DNA from: a virus
Lineage: Duplodnaviria > Caudoviricetes
Length of the DNA: 51,516 bases
IMG/VR virus record: IMGVR_UViG_3300033232_000065
Location: 1-51,516 of that record
Direction: 5' to 3' (one strand)
Position numbers and translations under genes: made by a program. Shown here one piece after another: positions 8,068 through 15,906 of the stretch (position 1 is the stretch's first letter; every line of letters begins with the position of its first letter). Under the pieces are notes generated by a model. The model had not been told where the DNA came from. It saw only the letters and a list, made by a program, of their open reading frames with translations, and ran no database searches.

Positions 8068-8695
8068 TCAGGTACGCTTCAAAGTTTCCGGAAAACAACG
8101 TCTGAGGCCGCAGATAGGCGTCCATCTTCGGATCGCCCTTCCATTGGCCGCACTTCTTCTCGATCACCCGAAAGAATTGCTCAACCTGGAATCCCTCCTT
8201 CCACCTGGCGTGGATATGGGATCGGGTCGCCTTGCCTGAGTGTCTGAAGTTCTTTCCCGACATTTCGTTCAGGAAGGAAATGATTCTGTCATATGGGGGC
8301 GCATCGTCGGGCTTGCCCGACAATAGCTCTGTCTCTGTCTCTGTCTCTGTCTCTGTCTCTGTCTCTGTCTCTGTCTCTTGCTCTGGAGTAGCATTTTGAT
8401 ATCCGTCTGACATCAACGTGATATCATCTTGTATCAACCAATGAGATAGTTTGGTAAGTATTTGTATTAATTGCTTTTCTGAAATTCTGAGTCGAAACGC
8501 GAGTTTTTTTATGCTTGTGAGGTCGCCTTCATTCTCGGAAGCGATCAACCAGAGCATAATGAGGACTTTTGCTGATTGTGGGTCGAGTTCATGCCATTCG
8601 ACATCATCCAATAGCTCGCGGTAGAGTTTTATCCAAGGGGGGCGGCGGTCCTTGAAATGTTGAAACCGTTTCCAATTCTTAATTCGGATCGCCAT
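7868..8695 (-). CDS. Phage replication initiator
   Basis: N-terminal NWKRFQHFKDRRPPWIKLY, (ET)8 linker, C-terminal YLRPQTLF domain; upstream of the helicase loader. Confidence 0.85.
   Translation of the reverse strand: MAIRIKNWKRFQHFKDRRPPWIKLYRELLDDVEWHELDPQSAKVLIMLWLIASENEGDLTSIKKLAFRLRISEKQLIQILTKLSHWLIQDDITLMSDGYQNATPEQETETETETETETETETELLSGKPDDAPPYDRIISFLNEMSGKNFRHSGKATRSHIHARWKEGFQVEQFFRVIEKKCGQWKGDPKMDAYLRPQTLFSGNFEAYLNEKETRNGSGNKGVHGSSAQTGNVKARPGKYAGISTGVRAETTDAGGNTKAAEEDGGVRGGAEKVS
8327..8378. repeat. (CTCTGT)8 microsatellite encoding (ET)8
   Basis: Read directly from the sequence. Confidence 0.95.
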
Positions 8696-8807
8696 CTACT
8701 TCCCCTCCCCCTTCATCTCCCTGTCGATCGCGTCGTACCGCCGGGAGTCCTCCGCGTCGGCGACGATGTGGCGATGCCACCACGACTTCTTTGCGAGAGT
8801 CGGGCCG

Positions 8808-9482
8808 TCAGCCCCCCCGCTCGCCAGCCCTTGTCCTGCGGGCGTCTGCGGCCCCTGCGGGGGGGCCAGCCGGGCCGCTTGCGGGGGGTAGATCTTTATC
8901 TTTAAAAGGAGTCGGAGTCGGAGTCGGGGCATTGCGGTTTGTATGCGGCTCGCATAAACCTTCGCGTTCTTGCGGGGTTGCGGATGGCTCTCCGGTGACT
9001 CCGGTTGTGCCTATTTCCGGCTTTTCGACCCCTGTGGATAACTCTGCCGCATTGCGGTTTGTATGCGGTCTCGATGCGCCTCGTATGCGCCTCGTAGAAT
9101 CTCTTTTGATTCCAACACTCTGCCACTTTGAGTGCGCACCTATTTTTGCCGCTTCGGACCGCCTTTTTGATCCAAACGCCCACGGTTGGTGCTCCGGCCA
9201 GTCGTGAACCGATAACACCCCCTCGGGGCTTACGTCGACCCACCGCTTGCTCGTCGCATACGAGGTGAATGCACCCGGCATCCCGGTCCACTCTGCGATC
9301 GCCTCAAGGTCGTCGAGACCGACCCCCTCGAGCACCCCCTGGGGGTGTCTTTCCCGGGTGTAGCACCACAGACAAAACAGGCTGACGATCCCCTGGGACC
9401 CGAGCGCGGCCACGAGCTTCCGGGTCTTCAGGTTCCGGAAGAAAGCAACGTCCAACCGGATGTCGATCGGGGTGACGCTCAT
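8808..9482 (-). CDS. Second replication-initiator-like protein (N-terminal domain plus iteron region)
   Basis: IRLDVAFFRNLKTRKL...LWCY...HDWPEHQPWA, PTPTPTP linker, internal 20-bp direct repeats. Confidence 0.65.
   Translation of the reverse strand: MSVTPIDIRLDVAFFRNLKTRKLVAALGSQGIVSLFCLWCYTRERHPQGVLEGVGLDDLEAIAEWTGMPGAFTSYATSKRWVDVSPEGVLSVHDWPEHQPWAFGSKRRSEAAKIGAHSKWQSVGIKRDSTRRIRGASRPHTNRNAAELSTGVEKPEIGTTGVTGEPSATPQEREGLCEPHTNRNAPTPTPTPFKDKDLPPASGPAGPPAGAADARRTRAGERGG
8929..9068. promoter_or_regulatory. Iteron-like direct repeats flanking a perfect DnaA box
   Basis: GCATTGCGGTTTGTATGCGG at 8929-8948 and 9049-9068; TGTGGATAA at 9033-9041. Confidence 0.55.
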
Positions 9483-9652
9483 CGGGGGACACTTGGCGGG
9501 GGTGGTGGAGCGGGTCGGTGCACGAGCACGTTGTCGATGTGGACGCCAGCGTACCCGATCCGGCGAACGTACCCGACCAGGGTCCAGCCTTGCTTCTCTA
9601 ATTCCTCGAGGCGGGCGCTCCCGATCAGGTGGTACTCGCCCGCGTGGTTCAT
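9479..9652 (-). CDS. Small hypothetical protein
   Basis: 57 aa, ATGA overlaps on both sides. Confidence 0.5.
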   Translation of the reverse strand: MNHAGEYHLIGSARLEELEKQGWTLVGYVRRIGYAGVHIDNVLVHRPAPPPPPSVPR

Positions 9653-10851
9653 CCCCCGGCCTCCATGTACGCTCTCACGAACGCTTCCGCCACTGGTGCG
9701 ACGATGGCGTTTCCATATCCCCTTAGTCGCATTGCCCTCGCTTCCGCCGTCGCGTCTGGATCAAACGATGCGATCGAATCGCCGCCTCGCACCACTCGGG
9801 AGGAAGCCCCATCAACCAGCGGGAATGTGCCGGGTTCAATTGGCCTGTCTTTCCCGTCACGGCAGGGGATCCAGATGGCGTCTCGCCAGAAGCCGTTGCA
9901 AGAACCGCGAAGTTCCGGAGGGGTTGATCGCAAGTCCGCATCTCGGGCGTTCCCACGCGCCCCCTCACGTTCGGCCCGTCGCTCTTGTGATCCTCCGTGG
10001 TCGGCGTCGGCCACGAGGCGAGCACCGCCGTCCTGCCCAACAAGGCGTTTACTGGAACATTCTGACAACTGTGCGCATCTCCGTCCTTGTGGTCCCTCGT
10101 TGTCGGCGTCGGCCATGATGCCAGCATCGACACCACAGACAGCGACGGCCCCTTGTTCCTCGCCACCTCGTTCATCGCGCCGTCTTCCGTTCGAGATTCC
10201 TTCTCCGCTTCGGATGCTTTCGGCGTCGGCCAGGGGGCCAAGGCTTGGGCCGTCCACGCCAGATTGCTCCCGCTGTTCGAGCGGTTTAGTTGTTTCTGCG
10301 AGTACGATTGTGGATCGGAAGCTCGACTTGCATTGTTGTCCGCCACTTGCGGCGTCGGCCACGAAGTACAGCCGCTGCCGGATGTGCGGCGCACCGAAGC
10401 CCGCAGCGCAAAGATCGACCGCCCCAATGGCGTAACCCGCTCCTTCCATGTCAGCGTATACAGAGTCGAGCCAAGCGAGTCCGTCTTTGCTCGCAACCTG
10501 CTCGCCAAAGACGACGCGAGGACGGCAGACGGAGATGAGCCGGAAGAAATCGGGCCAAAGGTGGCGCACGTCGTCTGTTCCTCTGTGCTTCCCTGCCGCG
10601 CTAAACGGCTGGCAGGGGCAGGAGCCGGTCCACACGGGGCGGTCGTCGGGCCATCCAGCGCGGCGGAGGGCGTAGGACCAGACCCCGACCCCGGCGAAGA
10701 AGTGATGTTGGGTGTATCCCATAAGGTCGCTTGCCTGGACATCCTGTATGCTCCTTTCATCAACCACCCCCTCGGCGATATGCCCCCGCTTTATCAGTTC
10801 CCGCAGCCACGCGGCGGCCTTCGGATCGTTCTCCGAATAATATGCGGTCAT
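9649..10851 (-). CDS. C5 cytosine DNA methyltransferase, alpha polypeptide
   Basis: FFAGVG (I), GSCPCQPFS (IV), EQV (VI), HIRQRLYF (VIII), LRGYGNAI (X). Confidence 0.92.
   Translation of the reverse strand: MTAYYSENDPKAAAWLRELIKRGHIAEGVVDERSIQDVQASDLMGYTQHHFFAGVGVWSYALRRAGWPDDRPVWTGSCPCQPFSAAGKHRGTDDVRHLWPDFFRLISVCRPRVVFGEQVASKDGLAWLDSVYADMEGAGYAIGAVDLCAAGFGAPHIRQRLYFVADAASGGQQCKSSFRSTIVLAETTKPLEQREQSGVDGPSLGPLADAESIRSGEGISNGRRRDERGGEEQGAVAVCGVDAGIMADADNEGPQGRRCAQLSECSSKRLVGQDGGARLVADADHGGSQERRAEREGARGNARDADLRSTPPELRGSCNGFWRDAIWIPCRDGKDRPIEPGTFPLVDGASSRVVRGGDSIASFDPDATAEARAMRLRGYGNAIVAPVAEAFVRAYMEAGG
9723..10742 (-). CDS. Alternative-frame C5-MTase beta polypeptide with four WPTP repeats
   Basis: Own RBS AAAGGAG before ATG 10742; four WPTP units; LNPAHSRWLMGLP; arrangement as in M.EcoHK31I. 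Confidence 0.75.
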   Translation of the reverse strand: MSRQATLWDTPNITSSPGSGSGPTPSAALDGPTTAPCGPAPAPASRLARQGSTEEQTTCATFGPISSGSSPSAVLASSLASRLRAKTDSLGSTLYTLTWKERVTPLGRSIFALRASVRRTSGSGCTSWPTPQVADNNASRASDPQSYSQKQLNRSNSGSNLAWTAQALAPWPTPKASEAEKESRTEDGAMNEVARNKGPSLSVVSMLASWPTPTTRDHKDGDAHSCQNVPVNALLGRTAVLASWPTPTTEDHKSDGPNVRGRVGTPEMRTCDQPLRNFAVLATASGETPSGSPAVTGKTGQLNPAHSRWLMGLPPEWCEAAIRSHRLIQTRRRKRGQCD

Positions 10852-11126
10852 ACCAGCATCATCTCCGACGTCGCGTCCCTCGATAGTTCCGCGAGTCGCG
10901 CCGCGCCCCTCGCCGCCGGGAATGATCTTGGCTTCGCGGGCCGCTTCCGTGGCGGGATGATCAGGCCGAGTTCGTGTGCGAATTCCTCGATGGTCCAGTG
11001 CCGGGCCGGTATGTTCACCAGTGGATGCCAGGCCCGGATGGAGATGCGCCGCCTGCGGTTCTTGCACGTGGATTCGATCGCGCAGCCGACCGGGTCGCTG
11101 GACGGGGCCCCAATGCGGATCATCAC
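10848..11126 (-). CDS. Hypothetical protein
   Basis: GTGA/ATGA overlaps with both neighbours. Confidence 0.5.
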   Translation of the reverse strand: MMIRIGAPSSDPVGCAIESTCKNRRRRISIRAWHPLVNIPARHWTIEEFAHELGLIIPPRKRPAKPRSFPAARGAARLAELSRDATSEMMLV

Positions 11127-11659
11127 GTTCTCCGCAGCGGGTTGCATTCGGACTTTTGAAGGAAGAGATTTCCTGTTCTCCCGGCGGGTGCGTCGCACTT
11201 TACCTGTATCCGTTTCTTACAGAACAGGAGGATATCCGTCCCTTTGATCTGTACGTCCTGCCGCTTGTCCTCTTCGGCGTCCATCCAGATCGGGAACCGC
11301 CCGCGCCGCATCAACTCGACGACGCACTGGACGGCGAACTTGCCTTTTTGTGAAGTGCTCATCGCTTCCGAAAACTCGCTCCATTTCGGGTAGGACTCGA
11401 AACGCAGGGTCCGCATGTCTTCTACCCATTCGATACGAACAAGCCATCCTTCCGCTGTAACGCCATTCACTCCGTTTTGCGTTGCTTTGCCGAGTCGTGG
11501 GCTGTGCCGCTTGATCGCTTCAATTCCGTTCCTCGTGGGGAAGACGTATACCCTCTTCTCGAAAGGCGAGACGTGGGCGCGGATGTCACTATTCTCCTCG
11601 AAGATCCCATGCTCAAAGAGCGGAGGAGCTTCTACAGTTGGTTGCCCCAGTGCTCCCAT
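11123..11659 (-). CDS. Putative PD-(D/E)XK nuclease
   Basis: DVQIKGTD...IQVKCD....TGNLFLQ motif; overlaps the end of the MT-A70 gene. Confidence 0.6.
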   Translation of the reverse strand: MGALGQPTVEAPPLFEHGIFEENSDIRAHVSPFEKRVYVFPTRNGIEAIKRHSPRLGKATQNGVNGVTAEGWLVRIEWVEDMRTLRFESYPKWSEFSEAMSTSQKGKFAVQCVVELMRRGRFPIWMDAEEDKRQDVQIKGTDILLFCKKRIQVKCDAPAGRTGNLFLQKSECNPLRRT

Positions 11660-12720
11660 CCCCTCGCCTTCGCCCGTGCAAATAGTTCGATCCGTTTCCC
11701 GTGCGTATAAAGTTTGTCGATCAGTTCGCGGAAACGTTCCGGCTTCACGGAATGTTCCGTGCGCTCGATGGAGACAACGCTGTCGTGCAGTTCCTTCGCG
11801 TCGGGGGTACAGGATCCCCGCGTGGCGATGAGGAGAAATTCGTGGCGTACGCTGTTGTAATGCCCGAAGTTGTGCTTCACCTTGTCCCATACGAAAGAGG
11901 ACTTGTAGCGGAAGCCCCAAGCGCCGATGACTTTGAGCGCGTCTTCGAGTAGCGGGGATGTCGCCCATAGGAACAGGACGGCGTTTTCGTCCGCCATGTC
12001 TCGTATCGGAAGATCGCAGATCGCCTGCAGGGTCATCGTCGGGTAGTGGTGGTCCGGTTGCGGATACCCTTTCAGTGCCTCTCCGTATTTGTTCCCGTAC
12101 TCCCACGGCGGGTCCGCGTACAGGACGCGGTACTTGGCCTTCGGCATCGGTGCGGGGTCTTTCGCCTCCCGCCGTCGCAGTTCCTTGGCGGCATGCGGCA
12201 TTTTCATCTCGCCCGTGCGGACTTTCGCCGCGATGTCCGGTGCGCGCTCCTGGAGGGCTTTTGCGTTGGAGACGTAGCGCGGGTTGACCCCGAAGGCGGA
12301 CGCGGCGTGGTCGCGGGCTTGTAAAAGGTCAGGAATTTTTTCCTTACCTTTCTCCGCTGGCCTTCCGGGTGCAGACTTCTTCCCGGCGTCTGACATCCGC
12401 GCCTTCGCCTCCCTCTCGTAGTGCGGGAGAGCGTCGGCGGCGGCCATCGCACGCTGCGCCGCTGTCAGGTGCCTCCGTTTCAGGTTCAGGGAGACAACGA
12501 AGGAGACGGCGGACGGGCCGCGCCATTCGCGGAACTTCGGCTCGATCTTCAATTCACGACAGGCGCGGTATCGGTTGCGCCCGTCGAGGATCTTCCCCTC
12601 GTAAGTCCAGATCGGCTCGATCAGGCCGTTTTCGCGGATATCGTTTTTCAGGGAGTCGTATTCCTCCCCGGACATCATCGGGAAGATGGAGGCGACGGGG
12701 TGAAAGTCTGGGCGGGTCAC
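11632..12720 (-). CDS. ParB-N/HTH/MT-A70 adenine methyltransferase fusion
   Basis: ILDGRNRYRAC (ParB box), NLKRRHLT, HTH ARDHAASAFGVNPRYV, YADPPW, LFLWAT, HSVKPE, RIELFAR. Confidence 0.92.
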   Translation of the reverse strand: MTRPDFHPVASIFPMMSGEEYDSLKNDIRENGLIEPIWTYEGKILDGRNRYRACRELKIEPKFREWRGPSAVSFVVSLNLKRRHLTAAQRAMAAADALPHYEREAKARMSDAGKKSAPGRPAEKGKEKIPDLLQARDHAASAFGVNPRYVSNAKALQERAPDIAAKVRTGEMKMPHAAKELRRREAKDPAPMPKAKYRVLYADPPWEYGNKYGEALKGYPQPDHHYPTMTLQAICDLPIRDMADENAVLFLWATSPLLEDALKVIGAWGFRYKSSFVWDKVKHNFGHYNSVRHEFLLIATRGSCTPDAKELHDSVVSIERTEHSVKPERFRELIDKLYTHGKRIELFARAKARGWEHWGNQL

Positions 12721-12938
12721 TCTCCGACCGCCCGGGGTTTCAATTCACTCGACTCCACGACAAGATCGTCCAGAGTGACTTGGCCGCGGGTGGCCTTCAT
12801 GACGGCGAGTTTCACGTCATCGGAGAACCGGCGTTCCCGTGCGAGGACCTTCCGAACCATCACCTCGGAAGATCCAATTTCCTTTGCGAAGTCTTCAATT
12901 TTGACGTGGTTAACTTCAAGATAACGACCAAGGTCCAT
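12717..12938 (-). CDS. Cro-like HTH regulator
   Basis: 73 aa, FAKEIGSSEVMVRKVL..., TRGQVTLDDL; first gene of the leftward operon, divergent from the repressor. Confidence 0.75.
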   Translation of the reverse strand: MDLGRYLEVNHVKIEDFAKEIGSSEVMVRKVLARERRFSDDVKLAVMKATRGQVTLDDLVVESSELKPRAVGE

Positions 12939-12959
12939 ACGCGGTTTCCTCCGTATTTG

Positions 12960-13010
12960 CATTTGTACCATTGGTCCTATATGGTTGTCAATACCTGTAC
13001 CGCTGGTATT
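12960..13010 (-). promoter_or_regulatory. Leftward promoter with two operator-like sites
   Basis: TTGACA on the minus strand at 12986-12991; TGTACCATTGGTCCT 12964-12978 and TGTACCGCTGGTATT 12996-13010. Confidence 0.65.
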
Positions 13011-13045
13011 TGCGGAATACTGGCGTTGGAGGGGAAAATAATTAT

Positions 13046-13315
13046 GTGGGGAAAAACGTAAGGGCCATATTCGCCGCGAACATGACGGCGCTCAGGCTTT
13101 CCCGAGGACTGACGTTCGAGAAGGCCGCGGACCTCTATGGGGTTTCGATGCGGCAGGTTGCGAAGTACGAGAAGCGCGGGAACTGGCCCAAGCCGGAGAT
13201 ATTAGACAATATCGCCGACACGTACAGAGTCACGGTGGATCAACTCATGGGGCGAACGCTTCTTGTGCCTGTTGCAGAACCGGATCAAGACAAAGGCAAT
13301 TCCTCCGCCGCATAA
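13046..13315 (+). CDS. CI-like XRE-family repressor without peptidase domain
   Basis: LRLSRGLTFEKAADLYGVSMRQVAKYEK HTH; flanked by operators; start codon uncertain. Confidence 0.8.
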   Translation: MGKNVRAIFAANMTALRLSRGLTFEKAADLYGVSMRQVAKYEKRGNWPKPEILDNIADTYRVTVDQLMGRTLLVPVAEPDQDKGNSSAA

Positions 13316-13341
13316 TCCCTGATATTTTTTTACCCTCCCCG

Positions 13342-13394
13342 TGTACCAATGGTACAAGAAAGTGCTTGACACATGTACCAACGGTCCATATACT
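13342..13394 (+). promoter_or_regulatory. Strong sigma70 promoter with two operators
   Basis: TTGACA(13366)-17 bp-TATACT(13389); palindromic TGTACCAATGGTACA 13342-13356 and TGTACCAACGGTCCA in the spacer. Confidence 0.85.
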
Positions 13395-13589
13395 CGTTTT
13401 CAACATCCCCTCCCGCCCCCCGCCGACCGGCTCGACTGGCTCCGGCTGGTAGGCGCGAAACGCGGAGGAAGAGAGGGGAAAGAGTGGCGGTACCGCAAGG
13501 GCGCGGCCAGCTTGACGGAGACGCCGGAGGGAGCAGACGAGTCTGTTCCGATACGCCTCACGGCAGGATGGACCCGACAGCGGCCAAGG

Positions 13590-14033
13590 TCACGCTACTG
13601 CCTTCCGCCCATCCATGAAGCGGCGCAATTCATCCGCATGCTTTTCATGCCCCTTTGCGGCTCTTTCGTGCGCCTCTATCTTTGATTTTATTTCGTCGTC
13701 AGTTAGCAACGCTACCGGCACAATCGTCTGAATCCCGCCTCTCTCGACGGAATAAGCCACCTGCAGTCTTTCATATCCGGGGAAAAGTTCTATCTGCTCA
13801 CTTGGACCCGCATCGTCTTCCGATGCCTTGATGCTTCTTACATAAGCGTTTACAGCATCCCACACATTTCCCTTGGTGCAACGCTTATACCATTCCACAT
13901 CGCTCCCGGAAATGTCCGGATGGGCCTTTATAATTCCTTCTACGGCCCAGGTTATTGGAACTGGTATGTCTTGCCGGATAAGCCTGGCGTAAAACTCCCG
14001 GACTTCTTGTGCGAGTTCCTTCGGAATCCCCAT
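13590..14033 (-). CDS. Hypothetical protein (AT-richer accessory gene)
   Basis: 147 aa, GGAGG RBS, coupled to 14035-14694. Confidence 0.75.
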   Translation of the reverse strand: MGIPKELAQEVREFYARLIRQDIPVPITWAVEGIIKAHPDISGSDVEWYKRCTKGNVWDAVNAYVRSIKASEDDAGPSEQIELFPGYERLQVAYSVERGGIQTIVPVALLTDDEIKSKIEAHERAAKGHEKHADELRRFMDGRKAVA

Positions 14034-14034
14034 C

Positions 14035-14694
14035 TCACGTCACCTCCATTATCCTGATAAGGGTTGAAAGCCAATCAAAACACAGGCGCGTATTTTTCAA
14101 AATATTATCCTTCTCGTGTGTCTCCAACCCGGCCAGAAAATACTCTGAGGTGATCCCATCTATGTCACGGGACAATCGGCCAATGGTTCCGCCGATCCTT
14201 GTGGCGACGGCGAAGTTTTCAGGAGGGACGGTGTGCTTGAAAGGAGTCTTCTTCGTTCCGATTTCCGCCAGCCCCGTCACGGTGGGCGGCTCGTCCGATT
14301 CCACCATCTGCTCGAATACGTCCTTCGGCACCGACGCGACTCGGAGGGCGGTCACCTTCTGGTCCCGAGACAGGCCCGCGTCCCGAGCGGCACTTGCCCT
14401 TGAACCTTGTGGGGACGCCCCCACGAGGTCCGTCCGCTTACCCGGTTGCGCCGGTATCTCCTTCAGCAGTTCCCCGACGCGGAGCATGGCGCGGGCCTGG
14501 ATGCGGTCTGCACATTTGCGGAGAGTGTTGTCTCCCGCCTGCTTCGCGTAGGAGGCGATGGCCTCGGCCTTGTTCGCCCAATCCTTGCACTCATCCAGGC
14601 GAGAACACTTTTCAATCGCGGCTCTGGCGTTCTTGTACGTCTCCGGAAGCATCGCCCCCGCTATCTGTGATTCCTTGACCGGGAGTGTGTTCAC
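14035..14694 (-). CDS. Putative DNA-binding protein (helical N-domain, variable linker, HTH-like segment)
   Basis: DECKDWANKAEAIASYAKQA...RIQARA..RVGELL, then AARDAGLSRDQKVTALRVA; source family of the type A cassettes. Confidence 0.8.
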   Translation of the reverse strand: MNTLPVKESQIAGAMLPETYKNARAAIEKCSRLDECKDWANKAEAIASYAKQAGDNTLRKCADRIQARAMLRVGELLKEIPAQPGKRTDLVGASPQGSRASAARDAGLSRDQKVTALRVASVPKDVFEQMVESDEPPTVTGLAEIGTKKTPFKHTVPPENFAVATRIGGTIGRLSRDIDGITSEYFLAGLETHEKDNILKNTRLCFDWLSTLIRIMEVT

Positions 14695-14878
14695 GCCGCT
14701 TTGCCCTCTCGCTTCTTCGGGGTGTAATCCTTACCCGTGATTTCCTTCAGGATGGAGAGGGAAAGACGGGACGGCTTCACCCTGCCGGATGCCCAATTGT
14801 TAATGCTTTGGCGGGGGAAACCCATGTCCAGCAAGGCTTGACGAGTTTTGCGCGATATATATATCTTCATGGCCCGAA

Positions 14879-14947
14879 ATCCTACAGGAAAATATTTCCC
14901 GTGTCAATATTATTTTGTTGACAAACATTTTCCGTTTCTTGTAGTAT
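14879..14947. promoter_or_regulatory. Back-to-back sigma70 promoters
   Basis: Minus: TTGACA(14907-14902)-17-TAGGAT; plus: TTGACA(14918)-18-TAGTAT; both spacers contain AAAYATTTTCC. Confidence 0.7.
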
Positions 14948-15287
14948 GCATCCAATATTGACGCACCCCGGGGAATACCCGGCGCTTCATCCCCCGGCAC
15001 CAGCCCTGCCGATCGCGCCCGCTGAGCGGATCGGTGGATAACGCAACGGCCCGGAGGCAGCACAAGGATCTTTGAACGATGCGGCAGGCGTACCGGGAGC
15101 GTCGCGCATCACGACACCGGGAGGGCCGCCCCGAAGCGCCGGAGGGTGCCCCGCTGCAATGCGGGCTTAAACGGGATACCAGAGCCCTCCACAACGGTCC
15201 CGGCGTCCGTGGCCATAGGCGGACTGCAACGTGGCCGGGCTGCTGCAGATCAGCCCCGCCGGGACCACAACCGAAAGGAGACGCACC

Positions 15288-15521
15288 ATGCCCCACCCGT
15301 ACAACACCGAGGAGGACCGTAGACACATCGACAAGGACTTCAACTACCACCCACCGAAGGCCGACCAAGTGCCTCGATACAACGAGATCCGGGATACAGC
15401 GAAAGGCCTCGCCCTTGTCATCATGGTCCTATGCCCGCCGTCCCGGGAGCGCTCCCTCGCGCTGACCGCCCTCGAAGAAGCCGTTATGTGGAGTAATGCG
15501 GCGATCGCCAGGTACGAGTAG
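15288..15521 (+). CDS. Acb2/Tad1-like helical hairpin protein (candidate nucleotide-signal sponge)
   Basis: FNYHPP...SRERSLALTALEEAVMWSNAAIAR resembles the Tad1 C-terminal SRE..ALT..EEA.MW.N motif; first early gene. Confidence 0.7.
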   Translation: MPHPYNTEEDRRHIDKDFNYHPPKADQVPRYNEIRDTAKGLALVIMVLCPPSRERSLALTALEEAVMWSNAAIARYE

Positions 15522-15536
15522 AAGAAAGGAGCTCAC

Positions 15537-15728
15537 ATGCGATCCGCGCGATTCGGTTTCAGGGAAGCCCCGGAGAAGAAGGAGGCCCCTCGCGCCTCCG
15601 TGATGCCGCCGCACATGGAAGTCGATCCCATCTTCCTCGATGGCGTGTTCCGAATGTTCACGCCGGAGGAAGAGAAGATGGTGGAGGAGAAACTGGAGGA
15701 TCGGGCGAGGAAGGAGGGGGGAATCTAG
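15537..15728 (+). CDS. Hypothetical protein
   Basis: 63 aa, AAGGAG RBS. Confidence 0.55.
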   Translation: MRSARFGFREAPEKKEAPRASVMPPHMEVDPIFLDGVFRMFTPEEEKMVEEKLEDRARKEGGI

Positions 15729-15904
15729 TGACCACCTACCGCGATCCCTACATCCGCGAGATCGCCTTACGTTCCCTAGCAGAGGTGCGCGGGGAAATGC
15801 GGTACCCGCAGGTCATCGGCATCCTCACGGCATTGCTGGACGACGACCGGGAGCTGGTGGCCGCCATCCGGGACGCGCTCCACGAGGCGCGGAAGGAGGA
15901 CTGA
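15728..15904 (+). CDS. Hypothetical protein
   Basis: 58 aa from a GTG overlapping the upstream TAG. Confidence 0.5.
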   Translation: MTTYRDPYIREIALRSLAEVRGEMRYPQVIGILTALLDDDRELVAAIRDALHEARKED

Positions 15905-15906
15905 CC

